Shown: positions 11,126 to 21,376 of the stretch, piece by piece | Layout: the number at the start of each line of letters is the position of its first letter | Numbering within the stretch: position 1 is the first letter of the stretch | Origin: Pseudomonadota bacterium | GTDB taxonomy: Bacteria > Pseudomonadota > Gammaproteobacteria > SURF-13 | Reading direction: 5' to 3' | DNA: 64,000 nucleotides | Assembly: GCA_040756035.1 (NCBI GenBank) | Contig: JBFLZV010000004.1 | Coordinates: forward strand, 7,463-71,462 | Notes under the pieces: model-generated | Told to the model about the DNA's origin: nothing | What the model saw: only the letters and a program-made list of their open reading frames with translations | The model's database searches: none | Made by a program: the position numbers and the translations under genes

Positions 11126-12195
11126 GGTTTTTTAACGATCACGCGCGCGCCGTGCGCTTCACTCATTTTTTCGACGTGGCCGATGTACCACGCCTGTTCG
11201 CCGAGGTTGCGCAGCATCATCAGCGTATTGTCCATGGCGCTCGCTGCCACGCACAGCACCATGCCGATGCCGCAATTGAAGGTGCGGTACATTTCCTCAT
11301 CCGCCACATTGCCGCGTTCCTGCAGCCAGTCAAAAATCGGCGGGCGCGGCCAAGCGTTGCCGTAGATGGCGGCGCGCAGACCGTCCGGCAAGACACGCGG
11401 AATGTTTTCCAGCAGTCCGCCGCCGGTGATGTGCGCCAGCGCGCGCACTTCCACTTGTTCGAACAGCTTGAGCAGCGGCTTCACATAGATGCGCGTCGGC
11501 GCGAGCAGCGTTGCGCCCAGCGTGACGCCGTGGAAGTCCTGCGCAAGATCGGCGCCGGATACTTCGATGATTTTGCGGATCAGCGAGTAGCCGTTCGAGT
11601 GCGGGCCGGAAGAGGCGATGCCGATGAGGCAGTCGCCGGATTTGACCTTGGCGCCATCGATGATCTTGTCCTTCTCCACGATGCCCACGCAAAAACCCGC
11701 GAGATCGTAATCCGCGCCGTGGTACATGCCGGGCATCTCGGCGGTTTCGCCGCCCACCAGCGCGGCGCCGGCCGTTTCGCAGCCTTGCCCGATGCCGCGT
11801 ATCACCGCGGCGGCCACGTTCACGTCGAGCCGCGCGGTGGCGTAGTAGTCCAGAAAAAACAGCGGTTCGGCGCCCTGCACGATAATATCGTTCACGCACA
11901 TCGCCACCAGGTCGATGCCGATGGTGTCGTGTTTGCCGAGTTCGATGGCGAGTTTGAGCTTAGTGCCCACGCCGTCCGTGCCGGACACCAGCACCGGCTG
12001 CCGGTAGCGCTCCACGGGCAGTTCGAACAACGCCCCGAAACCGCCCAGTCCGGCCAGCACGCCGGAACGCGCGGTGCGCGCGGCGATGGGTTTAATGTGT
12101 TCGACTAGGCTATTTCCGGCGTCGATGTTAACCCCGGCGTCGCGGTAGCTGAGCGGGGTGGGAGAATCGGCAGGGGAGTGTTCTTTGCGGGTCAC
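11122..12195 (-). CDS. purM: AIR synthetase
   Basis: [48 protein letters not shown]. Confidence 0.97.
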   Translation of the reverse strand: MTRKEHSPADSPTPLSYRDAGVNIDAGNSLVEHIKPIAARTARSGVLAGLGGFGALFELPVERYRQPVLVSGTDGVGTKLKLAIELGKHDTIGIDLVAMCVNDIIVQGAEPLFFLDYYATARLDVNVAAAVIRGIGQGCETAGAALVGGETAEMPGMYHGADYDLAGFCVGIVEKDKIIDGAKVKSGDCLIGIASSGPHSNGYSLIRKIIEVSGADLAQDFHGVTLGATLLAPTRIYVKPLLKLFEQVEVRALAHITGGGLLENIPRVLPDGLRAAIYGNAWPRPPIFDWLQERGNVADEEMYRTFNCGIGMVLCVAASAMDNTLMMLRNLGEQAWYIGHVEKMSEAHGARVIVKKP

Positions 12196-12362
12196 GTGGG
12201 CTCCAACGGCAGTAACCGCTTATGATATCGAGCCGGCATGGGGACTGCAAATTGGCGTGGCTGTTGCGGGATGGCCGGCGCACCGAGAACCGCACCCTTG
12301 ACTTGACGGGTAACCTCGCATAGCGTGCGGGTATGATAAAAATAACCTTGCAGGGTTTATAG

Positions 12363-12926
12363 GTGCGCGCCGTGCGTCGGGCCGACATTCCTAATATAAT
12401 CAGTCTGCTGCGCGCGGCCTTGGTGCCGCCGTTTCTGTGGCTGCTACTGGAGGAGCGCTACGGCGCGGCGCTGGCGCTGTTCGCCGTGGCCGGCGTGAGC
12501 GACGCTCTGGACGGTTATTTGGCCAAGCGCTACAACTGGCGCACCCGCTTGGGTTCCATACTCGATCCGCTGGCCGATAAGTTGCTGTTGGTGTGCGCCT
12601 ACCTGGCGCTCGGCTGGCTCGGCCAGTTGCCGGTGTGGCTGGTCGGCATCGTGGTGGCGCGCGACGCCGTGATCGTCGGCGGAGCGCTGGCTTATCACTT
12701 CAAAATTCGCCGCTTCGAGGCGAGCCCCAGCTGGTTGAGCAAAATCAATACCGTGGCGCAGATTCTGCTCATTATCGTCGTGCTGCTTGCGCAGGGTGTG
12801 CTGCCGCTCGCCGGTTCGGTGGCCGGTGCGCTGATGTATACTGTGTTGATTACCACCGTGTTAAGCGGCTTGGGTTATGTATGGACATGGGGACGGCGGG
12901 CGCTGCGCGACAGGTCGAAAACTTAA
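12363..12926 (+). CDS. CDP-alcohol phosphatidyltransferase family protein
   Basis: PNIISLLR and SDALDGYLAKR...GSILDPLADK (DGxxARxxxxxxxxGxxxD-type motif); multiple TM segments. Confidence 0.9.
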   Translation: MRAVRRADIPNIISLLRAALVPPFLWLLLEERYGAALALFAVAGVSDALDGYLAKRYNWRTRLGSILDPLADKLLLVCAYLALGWLGQLPVWLVGIVVARDAVIVGGALAYHFKIRRFEASPSWLSKINTVAQILLIIVVLLAQGVLPLAGSVAGALMYTVLITTVLSGLGYVWTWGRRALRDRSKT

Positions 12927-13982
12927 ATGGATACGAAGTGGCTGATGTTATGGTTGGTGATCGCTATCGGGCTGCTGTTTTATTTTCTGGCGCCGGTGCT
13001 GACGCCGTTTTTCATCGCCGCTTTTCTGGCCTACATGACCGATCCGCTGGCCGATCGTTTGGAGGCGCATGGTTTATCGCGCACGCTGGCGGCGACCATC
13101 GTATTCACCGCTCTGATGTTGTTTTTGCTGTTGCTGCTGCTGCTGTTCGTGCCGTTGCTGGAGCAGCAGATCAGGGTGTTCATCGCAAAATTTCCCGGCT
13201 ATCTCGATTGGTTGCAAAATAAGGTGCTACCGAGTGTGCAGCAGCGCTTGGGGTTGGAGCAGATGGCGCTGGACTTGGGCGCGTTGCAAGGCTATGTCGC
13301 GGAAAATTGGCAAAAGGCCGGCGGTTTCATGGCCGGCGTGCTGCGCTCGGTATCGCAGTCCGGCATGACGTTGCTCGGCTGGATTATTAACTTGATGCTC
13401 ATTCCGGTGGTGACGTTTTATTTGCTGCGCGACTGGGATATTTTGATGGCGCGCATCCGCGCGTTGCTGCCGGTGCACTCCGAGCCGACGGTGGTGCGCC
13501 TGGCCAGTCAGAGTAACGAAGTATTGAGCGGTTTTTTGCGCGGCCAATTATTGGTGATGGTAGGGCTGGGCACCGTTTACGCCGTGGGTCTGTGGATCGT
13601 CGGGCTCGATTTGGCGTTGCTGATCGGCATGGTGGCCGGGCTGTTCAGCTTCGTGCCGTATCTGGGATTTATCGTGGGCGTTCTGGCGGCGATGATCGCC
13701 GCCTTCGTGCAGTTTCAGGAATTTTTTCCGCTGATCTACGTGCTCATCGTATTCACCATCGGCCAGCTCATCGAGGGGTTTGTGCTCACGCCGCTGTTGA
13801 TCGGCGGGCGCATCGGCCTGCATCCGGTGGCGGTGATTTTCGCGGTGCTTGCCGGCGGACAGTTGTTCGGATTCGTCGGCATCCTGCTGGCGCTGCCGGT
13901 CGCCGCGGTGGTGCGCGTGCTGCTGGGTTACGCGCATGAGCGTTACATGCAGAGCCGCTTGTACGGCGCGCCGCCGTCATGA
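12927..13982 (+). CDS. AI-2E family (PerM-like) transporter
   Basis: LTPFFIAAFLAYMTDP, FYLLRDW, GFLRGQL, SFVPYLG, LHPVAVIFAVLAGGQLFG. Confidence 0.9.
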   Translation: MDTKWLMLWLVIAIGLLFYFLAPVLTPFFIAAFLAYMTDPLADRLEAHGLSRTLAATIVFTALMLFLLLLLLLFVPLLEQQIRVFIAKFPGYLDWLQNKVLPSVQQRLGLEQMALDLGALQGYVAENWQKAGGFMAGVLRSVSQSGMTLLGWIINLMLIPVVTFYLLRDWDILMARIRALLPVHSEPTVVRLASQSNEVLSGFLRGQLLVMVGLGTVYAVGLWIVGLDLALLIGMVAGLFSFVPYLGFIVGVLAAMIAAFVQFQEFFPLIYVLIVFTIGQLIEGFVLTPLLIGGRIGLHPVAVIFAVLAGGQLFGFVGILLALPVAAVVRVLLGYAHERYMQSRLYGAPPS

Positions 13983-14695
13983 GCGACGCGGCGGCGCACA
14001 GGCTGCGGCAACTCTCCCTAAACGTCAGTCTGCGCGATGGCGCGACGTTCGATAATTACGTGCCCGGTCCCAATCGGGAAGCGCTGCACGTCTTGCAACA
14101 TCTCGTGGAGGGTCCGGAGCGCGTGATCTATTTGTGGGGCGCGCCGGGCGCCGGTAAGACGCATCTACTGCACGCCGTTTGTCACGCCGCCGCGGCGCGC
14201 GGCGCGCGTTCCGCTTACTTGCCGCTGGCGGATGCGCGGCATGTTGCGCCCGAGCTGCTGGAAGGTCTGGAACAATTGGACGCGGTGTGCATCGACGACG
14301 TGCAGACCGTCGCCGGATTAGCGCCGTGGGAAACCGCGCTGTTCCATTTATACAACCGGATGCGCGACAGCGGCGCGCACTTGGTGATGGCGGGCAATGC
14401 GCCGCCCGCCGAACTGGGACTGAACCTGCCCGATCTCAGCTCGCGTCTGCTGTGGGGATTGAGCCTGCAACTGCGTTTGCTAGGTGACGAGGAAAAACTG
14501 GCGGCGCTGCGGCGGCGCGCGCAAGGCCGCGGGTTCGACGTGCCGGAAGAGGTCGCGCGCTTTTTATTGCGCCGCGCGCCGCGCGACATGGCCACGTTGT
14601 TCGCGCTGTTGGAGCGGCTCGATCAAGCGTCGCTGGCGCAGCAGCGTAAACTCACCGTGCCGTTTGTGAGCGAACTACTGCGTCGGGTGGAGTAA
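13979..14695 (+). CDS. hda: DnaA regulatory inactivator Hda
   Basis: QLSLNV clamp-binding-like motif, TFDNY, GAGKTHLL, CIDDVQ, PDLSSRL; conserved position near purM. Confidence 0.93.
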   Translation: MSDAAAHRLRQLSLNVSLRDGATFDNYVPGPNREALHVLQHLVEGPERVIYLWGAPGAGKTHLLHAVCHAAAARGARSAYLPLADARHVAPELLEGLEQLDAVCIDDVQTVAGLAPWETALFHLYNRMRDSGAHLVMAGNAPPAELGLNLPDLSSRLLWGLSLQLRLLGDEEKLAALRRRAQGRGFDVPEEVARFLLRRAPRDMATLFALLERLDQASLAQQRKLTVPFVSELLRRVE

Positions 14696-14787
14696 CAAGT
14701 TGCAAGAGAAACGTCTAAGGAATCTCTGAATTATTCAGAGCTTCCTTAAATTTGATTTTCTCTTGTTGCTTAATGTTTGTCACTTGG
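14691..14787. repeat. Inverted heptamer element spanning the convergent hda/yqhA stops, with an internal 33-bp palindrome
   Basis: agtaaca-agttgca-agagaaa ... ttctctt-gttgctt-aatgttt-gtcactt. Core taaggaatctctgaattattcagagcttcctta at 14716-14748. Confidence 0.75.
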
Positions 14788-15384
14788 CGCTTTTCCAAGC
14801 GTCTTGACGGTTAGTGTTTGTTTTTCAGTTTCCCCGCTTGCGCTTTCAGCCCCATGCTCCTTTTGTTCGCCGGTGTGCGAAAGATAAATCGCCAGACCGA
14901 TCAAGGCGACGCTGCCGGCCAGGTACAGCAAATCGAGCGGCGTGGCGAAGCGCATGTTGATGGCGTGCTCGAAAAAACTGACGATCAAGATCATCAGAAT
15001 CACTTTCGCCAAGCGCGCCTTGAGGTCGTCCAGATTGTTGATCAGCAGCACGTTGGTAGCGCCAGCCGTGCTTGCCGCCTTGTCGATTTTGCTGACGAAT
15101 AATTCGTACAATCCGAAAGCGAAGATCAGCAACACCGTGGCGAGCAGATAACCGTCGACGATTTCCACCACGTGCGCGATGGTTTCGTCATGCAGCGCCT
15201 TGCGGCCCTCGGCGCCCAAGTCGGGCGAGGCGTAATCGGCGAGGTGTGCTACCATGTAATAGGCGTCGACGGTGGCCATGTAGAACATGGCAAGCGCCGC
15301 CGCCAGGCTGGCGGCGACCGCTGACAGCACCACGAAACGGCTGTCCCACAACAAACCTTCGAATAAAGCTTCCAGCTTTCTCAT
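14770..15384 (-). CDS. YqhA family (UPF0114) membrane protein
   Basis: FEGLLWDSRF, VVEIVDGYLLATVLLIFAFGLYELFVSKID, LDDLKARLAKVI. Confidence 0.85.
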   Translation of the reverse strand: MRKLEALFEGLLWDSRFVVLSAVAASLAAALAMFYMATVDAYYMVAHLADYASPDLGAEGRKALHDETIAHVVEIVDGYLLATVLLIFAFGLYELFVSKIDKAASTAGATNVLLINNLDDLKARLAKVILMILIVSFFEHAINMRFATPLDLLYLAGSVALIGLAIYLSHTGEQKEHGAESASGETEKQTLTVKTLGKAPSDKH

Positions 15385-15442
15385 GCACGTGATTACCTCT
15401 GGCAGGCGCGCGTCGCCGCGCGTCTAAGTCGGGATAGCATTA

Positions 15443-15861
15443 TTACTCAGGAGTCATAAAATAAGGCGACAAACCTTTATGAGATGACTCCTGAGCAAGC
15501 CCTGTTCACTCTACTCTCACCCTGTCCCCTTTTACGCTACGCCATCCTGCTCCGCATAAAAGTCCGGCCAAGCCCTCCATGGCTTGGCGGTCATGATGCA
15601 CATCCATGTGCATCACCCTACGGGCCGCCTAACGGCGGCGCCGTTTGGCAATCCTGCCAAACGGTCATGATGCACATCCATGTGCATCACCCTACGGGCC
15701 GCCTAACGGCGGCGCCGTTTGGCAATCCTGCCCAACGGTCATGATGCACATCCGTGTGCATCACCCTACGGGCCGCCTAACGGCGGCGCCGTTTGGCAAT
15801 CCTGCCAAACGGTCGGCAACCTCGTTGCTTCACCCCTAAACAGGGGGACGGGGACGTAGCT
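15443..15861 (+). mobile_element. MITE/REP-like element, copy B (composite, contains the tandem array)
   Basis: 5' inverted-repeat cap ttactcaggagtcat...atgactcctgagcaa (15443-15498). Body ends ccctgtcccc ... ggggacgggg (imperfect inverted repeat). Homologous to copies at 4376 and 35381. Confidence 0.8.
15588..15814 (+). repeat. Three tandem 74-bp units made of stacked hairpins
   Basis: cggtc recurs at 15588, 15662, 15736 and 15810. The units differ by only about one base each, and there are no unique spacers. Confidence 0.95.
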
Positions 15862-15895
15862 GAAATATAGTCTCACTTACTGACTTATGAGTAAC

Positions 15896-16204
15896 TCACT
15901 TGGCCGACGGCGGGGGCTGTGTTTGCAGGGCCTTGGCGCGCGCCTTCACGGCCTCGTTCTTAGCCGCAACGGCGTGCTCGCGCGCCTGGTCGTAGCGGCC
16001 GGCGTCCAAGGCCTGCTTGGCCTCGTCCAGCAGCCGCTCGGCGTTGTTAAAGTTGTCCGGCGCCTGTGTGGCCGCACCCGTCTCGCGCGCGGCAGCGAGC
16101 GCCTGGCGTGCGTCGCTCATCTCTTGCGTCGGAATGCTCGCGCACCCAATAGCCAAGCTCGCCGTCAGAACCAGCAGCTTGCAGTAGTACGCGGGGCGCT
16201 TCAT
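15896..16204 (-). CDS. DUF4398-like helical lipoprotein
   Basis: Lipobox LAIG-C, then PTQEMSDARQALAAAR...AERLLDEAKQAL...YDQAREHA. ATG at 16204. Confidence 0.75.
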   Translation of the reverse strand: MKRPAYYCKLLVLTASLAIGCASIPTQEMSDARQALAAARETGAATQAPDNFNNAERLLDEAKQALDAGRYDQAREHAVAAKNEAVKARAKALQTQPPPSAK

Positions 16205-16247
16205 GTAGATATCCGATTGTGGAGCAGCGATTGGCGGGCTATAGTAG

Positions 16248-16904
<657 letters not shown>

Positions 16905-17020
16905 GGGGTGGGCACGTTGTGTGTGCCCACGTTATTTGCGGTGCCGTCCATGGCGCGACTTCGGTTTTCTTAATCAACCCCAGCCATGCCTTCCACGGCA
17001 TGGTCTTCGCGGTTCAGCCC

Positions 17021-18565
17021 CTACAGATTGGCCGCCTGCGGATGTGCCCGCTGTTGTGGTTGGATGATTTTATTCATGGCGTTGATGTACGCCTTGGCCG
17101 AGGCGATGACGATGTCGGTATCCGCGCCCTGGCCGTTGACGATGCGCCCGCCTTTTTCCACGCGCACCGTGACCTCGCCCTGCGAATCGGTGCCGCTGGT
17201 GATGTTGTTCACCGAATAAAGTTGCAGCGTCGTGCCGCTGTCCACGATGGCCTCGACGGCCTTGAAGGCGGCGTCCACCGGCCCGCCGCCGCGCGCCGTG
17301 GCATGTTGCTCCGCGCCGTCCACCCACAACGTGATCTGCGCTTCGGGCGTCGCGCCGGTCTCGGAGCAGACTTTTAAAAATATTAATTTGATGTGCTCGT
17401 TCTCCGCGGCGAGATTGGCGTCGGTAACCAGCGCCTGTAAATCCTCGTCGTAGATTTCGTGCTTCTTGTCGGCCAACTCCTTGAAGCGGTCGAACGCCGC
17501 GTTCAATTCATCTTCCGTGTCGAACGTCACGCCCAATTCCTGCATGCGCGTGCGGAAGGCGTTGCGTCCGGAGTGTTTGCCCAACACCATGCGGTTGGCG
17601 GTCCAGCCTACATCTTGCGCGTGCATGATTTCGTAAGTCGTGCGGTGCTTGAGCACGCCGTCCTGATGAATGCCGGATTCGTGCGCGAAGGCGTTGGCGC
17701 CGACGATGGCCTTGTTGGGTTGCACGGCGAAGCCGGTGATGCCGGATACCAGGCGCGAGCAGGCGACGATTTGCGTGGTGTCGATGTCGACGTCGCAGGT
17801 GAATACGTCGCGGCGTGTGCGCACCGCCATGACGATTTCTTCCAGCGCCGCGTTGCCGGCGCGTTCACCCAGGCCGTTGATGGTGCACTCCACTTGGCGC
17901 GCGCCGTTCAATACCGCGGACAGCGAATTGGCCACGGCCAGGCCGAGGTCGTTGTGACAGTGCGTCGACCAGATCGCCTTGTCGGCGTTGGGCACGCGCT
18001 CGATCAACGCCTTGATGCGTTCGCCCCAGGCGTGCGGAATGCTGTAGCCGACGGTGTCGGGCACGTTGACGGTTCTGGCTCCGGCCGCGATCGCCGCCTC
18101 GAATATGCGGCATAGAAAATCCATGTCGGAACGTACGGCGTCTTCGGCGGAAAATTCGACGTCGTCGGTGTAGCGGCGCGCCCGCTTCACCATCGCCACG
18201 GCCCGCTCCAGCACCTGTTCCGGCGTCATGCGCAGCTTGTATTGCATGTGAATCGGCGAGGTGGCGATGAAGGTGTGAATGCGCGCCGACTTGGCGCCCT
18301 TCAGCGCCTCGGCGGCGCGGTCGATGTCCTTGTCGAGCGCGCGCGCCAAGCCGCACACCGTGCTGTCTTTAATGGCGTTGGCCACCGCCTGCACGGCCTC
18401 GAAGTCGCCGGGGCTGGCGATGGGGAAGCCGGCCTCGATCACGTCCACGCGCATACGCTCCAGCGCCTTGGCGATGCGCACTTTTTCGTCGCGCGTCATG
18501 GAGGCGCCGGGGCTTTGCTCGCCGTCGCGCAACGTCGTATCGAAAATAATTAATTTGTCGCTCAT
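17021..18565 (-). CDS. leuA: 2-isopropylmalate synthase
   Basis: [45 protein letters not shown]-terminal regulatory domain. Confidence 0.97.
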   Translation of the reverse strand: MSDKLIIFDTTLRDGEQSPGASMTRDEKVRIAKALERMRVDVIEAGFPIASPGDFEAVQAVANAIKDSTVCGLARALDKDIDRAAEALKGAKSARIHTFIATSPIHMQYKLRMTPEQVLERAVAMVKRARRYTDDVEFSAEDAVRSDMDFLCRIFEAAIAAGARTVNVPDTVGYSIPHAWGERIKALIERVPNADKAIWSTHCHNDLGLAVANSLSAVLNGARQVECTINGLGERAGNAALEEIVMAVRTRRDVFTCDVDIDTTQIVACSRLVSGITGFAVQPNKAIVGANAFAHESGIHQDGVLKHRTTYEIMHAQDVGWTANRMVLGKHSGRNAFRTRMQELGVTFDTEDELNAAFDRFKELADKKHEIYDEDLQALVTDANLAAENEHIKLIFLKVCSETGATPEAQITLWVDGAEQHATARGGGPVDAAFKAVEAIVDSGTTLQLYSVNNITSGTDSQGEVTVRVEKGGRIVNGQGADTDIVIASAKAYINAMNKIIQPQQRAHPQAANL

Positions 18566-18697
18566 GCTGTCGTTCCGTTTTTATTTGCCGGGATTATCCA
18601 AGCGCGCACGGCTACGCCATGCAAAAATTATACAAACGCCTCGGATAGTTGATTGCGTGTTTGAGTCCTCGCCAGGAACAGGGAAGAGTAGTCTGCC

Positions 18698-18805
18698 CTA
18701 AGGCAGCAGTCGCAAGGAAAGCAGGAGCGGGAGCAGGGCGCGCAAGAGCACGCGGCCGGCGGGGGTCGACGTACGATGCGAAACGGTTTGCGCGTAGGAA
18801 AGCAT
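18698..18805 (-). CDS. Putative leuA leader peptide (35 aa, Leu-rich); not in the ORF track
   Basis: Translates as MLSYAQTVSHRTSTPAGRVLLRALLPLLLSLRLLP*, with 10 Leu in the last 16 codons, ending 132 bp upstream of leuA on the same strand. Confidence 0.75.
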   Translation of the reverse strand: MLSYAQTVSHRTSTPAGRVLLRALLPLLLSLRLLP

Positions 18806-18813
18806 AAATAAAT

Positions 18814-18842
18814 AATTTAGACTAAAAGTAAATGGTAGTCAA
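18814..18842 (-). promoter_or_regulatory. Sigma70-like promoter for the leuA leader
   Basis: TTGACT (18842-18837), 17-bp spacer, TAAATT (18819-18814); the leader ATG begins 9 nt after the -10 hexamer. Confidence 0.6.
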
Positions 18843-18854
18843 CTTTACTATTTC

Positions 18855-19681
18855 TTAAGAAGATTCGTGTTCGGTTTTGGACGACCCGCCTTCCTGCCCC
18901 TTGCGCTGTAAGCGTTTGCGGCGCAGTTGCGTCAGCGTGAGCACCGGGCCGGATAGGGCGTACAAAAAGAAGATGCCGAACAACACTTGCGGCGGGTCGA
19001 TGGAAATGAGTACGAACACCAGCACGATCACCAGCAGCGCGACGAACGGCACCTTGCCCTTGAGGTCCAGTTGCTTGAAGCTGTGATAGCGGACGTTGCT
19101 GACCATCAGCGCCGCCGCTAGGATGGTCAGAGCGAAGGCTGCTAGGCGCACGTCGGCGCCTTGCAGGCCGTAACTCGTGCCCACCCAAATCATGCCGGCG
19201 ATGATAGCGGCGGCGGCGGGGCTGGGCAGCCCCTGAAAATAGCGCTTATCGGCGCTGCCGAGCTGGGTGTTGAAGCGCGCCAGGCGCAGCGCGGCGGCGG
19301 CGGTGTAGAGAAAGGCCGCGAGCCAGCCGAGTTTGCCCAGGTTCGAAAGCCCCCACATATAGATCACCAAGGCCGGCGCCAATCCGAACGACACCATGTC
19401 CACCATGCTGTCGTACTCGGCGCCGAAATCGCTTTGCGTGTGGGTGAGGCGCGCCACGCGCCCGTCGAGGCCGTCCATGATCATGGCCACGAACACGGCG
19501 ACGGCCGCCGCCTCGTAACGTCCGCCCATGGCGGCGACGATGGCGTAAAAACCCGCGAACAGGCCCGCGGTGGTGAACAGGTTGGGCAGCAGGTAAATGC
19601 CGCGCCGACGTTTCAACGGCGCGCCGGGCGCCGCTTCATCGGGCGTCTTGACGTCGTCTCTGCGGCGGCCTGGGTGGAGCA

Positions 19682-19682
<1 letters not shown>
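18855..19682 (-). CDS. pssA: CDP-diacylglycerol--serine O-phosphatidyltransferase
   Basis: GIYLLPNLFTT, MDGLDGRVAR, GAEYDSMVDMVSFGLAP, LRLARFN, FQGLPSP. Start uncertain (ATG overlaps the ilvC stop). Confidence 0.9.
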
Positions 19683-20704
<1,022 letters not shown>

Positions 20705-20722
20705 TTACCTATATTTAACAAC

Positions 20723-20796
20723 CCAACGCAAAGACGCAAAGACGCCAAGAAATTCGATTTATATGAAATCTTAGCGTCTTAGCGTCTTCGCGTTGG
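20723..20796. repeat. Paired inverted ACGCAAAG-type arms between ilvH and ilvC
   Basis: ccaacgcaaagacgcaaagacgccaaga ... tcttagcgtcttagcgtcttcgcgttgg around an 18-bp AT-rich core. Confidence 0.85.
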
Positions 20797-20808
20797 ATTT
20801 TTTGTGAA

Positions 20809-21300
20809 TTAAACCTTCAAACTTTTTTCGCCGCGCGCGATGCCCGATACGCCGGAGCGCACCACTTCCATGATGGACTTGCGGTCCAGCGCCTCGATGA
20901 AGCCGTCCAATTTTTCACCGGTGCCGGTGAGCTCGATGACGTAGGTGCTGTCCGTGACGTCGATGATGTGGCCGCGGAAAATGTCCGCCATGCGCTTGAT
21001 CTCGTCGCGCGCATCATTCACCGCCTTGACCTTGATGAGCATCATCTCGCGCTCGATGTGCGGACCTTCAGTGAGGTCGAGCAGCTTGACCACGTCGATC
21101 AATTTGTTCAATTGTTTGATGATCTGCTCGATGATGTCGTCGGTGCCGTGCGTGACCAGCGTAAGGCGCGACAGCGAAGGGTCCTCGGTGGGCGCCACGG
21201 TGAGCGATTCGATATTATAGCCGCGCGCGGAAAACAAGCCGGCCACGCGCGACAAGGCGCCCGACTCATTTTCCATGAGTATTGAAATGATGTGACGCAT
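20809..21300 (-). CDS. ilvH: Acetolactate synthase small subunit
   Basis: MRHIISILMENESGALSRVAGLFSARGYNIESL ACT domain; KQLNKLIDV. Confidence 0.96.
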   Translation of the reverse strand: MRHIISILMENESGALSRVAGLFSARGYNIESLTVAPTEDPSLSRLTLVTHGTDDIIEQIIKQLNKLIDVVKLLDLTEGPHIEREMMLIKVKAVNDARDEIKRMADIFRGHIIDVTDSTYVIELTGTGEKLDGFIEALDRKSIMEVVRSGVSGIARGEKSLKV

Positions 21301-21308
21301 AGTTTAAT

Positions 21309-21341
21309 AAAATCCAACGCAAAGACGCGAAGACGCGAAGA
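21309..21341. repeat. Solo ACGCAAAG-type arm between ilvI and ilvH
   Basis: aaaatccaacgcaaagacgcgaagacgcgaaga matches the reverse complement of 20769-20801 at 30/33 positions. Confidence 0.8.
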
Positions 21342-21376
21342 AAATCAATGAGGTTAGGAGCATTTTGCCGGGTGCT

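Noticed and set aside
15588-15814. Possible CRISPR array
   Set aside because: Units are contiguous 74-bp near-identical repeats with no unique spacers, and there are no cas genes in the window.
15484-15839. ORFs 15484-15744 and 15645-15839
   Set aside because: They are translations of the 74-bp repeat in shifting frames, with no SD or recognisable domain.
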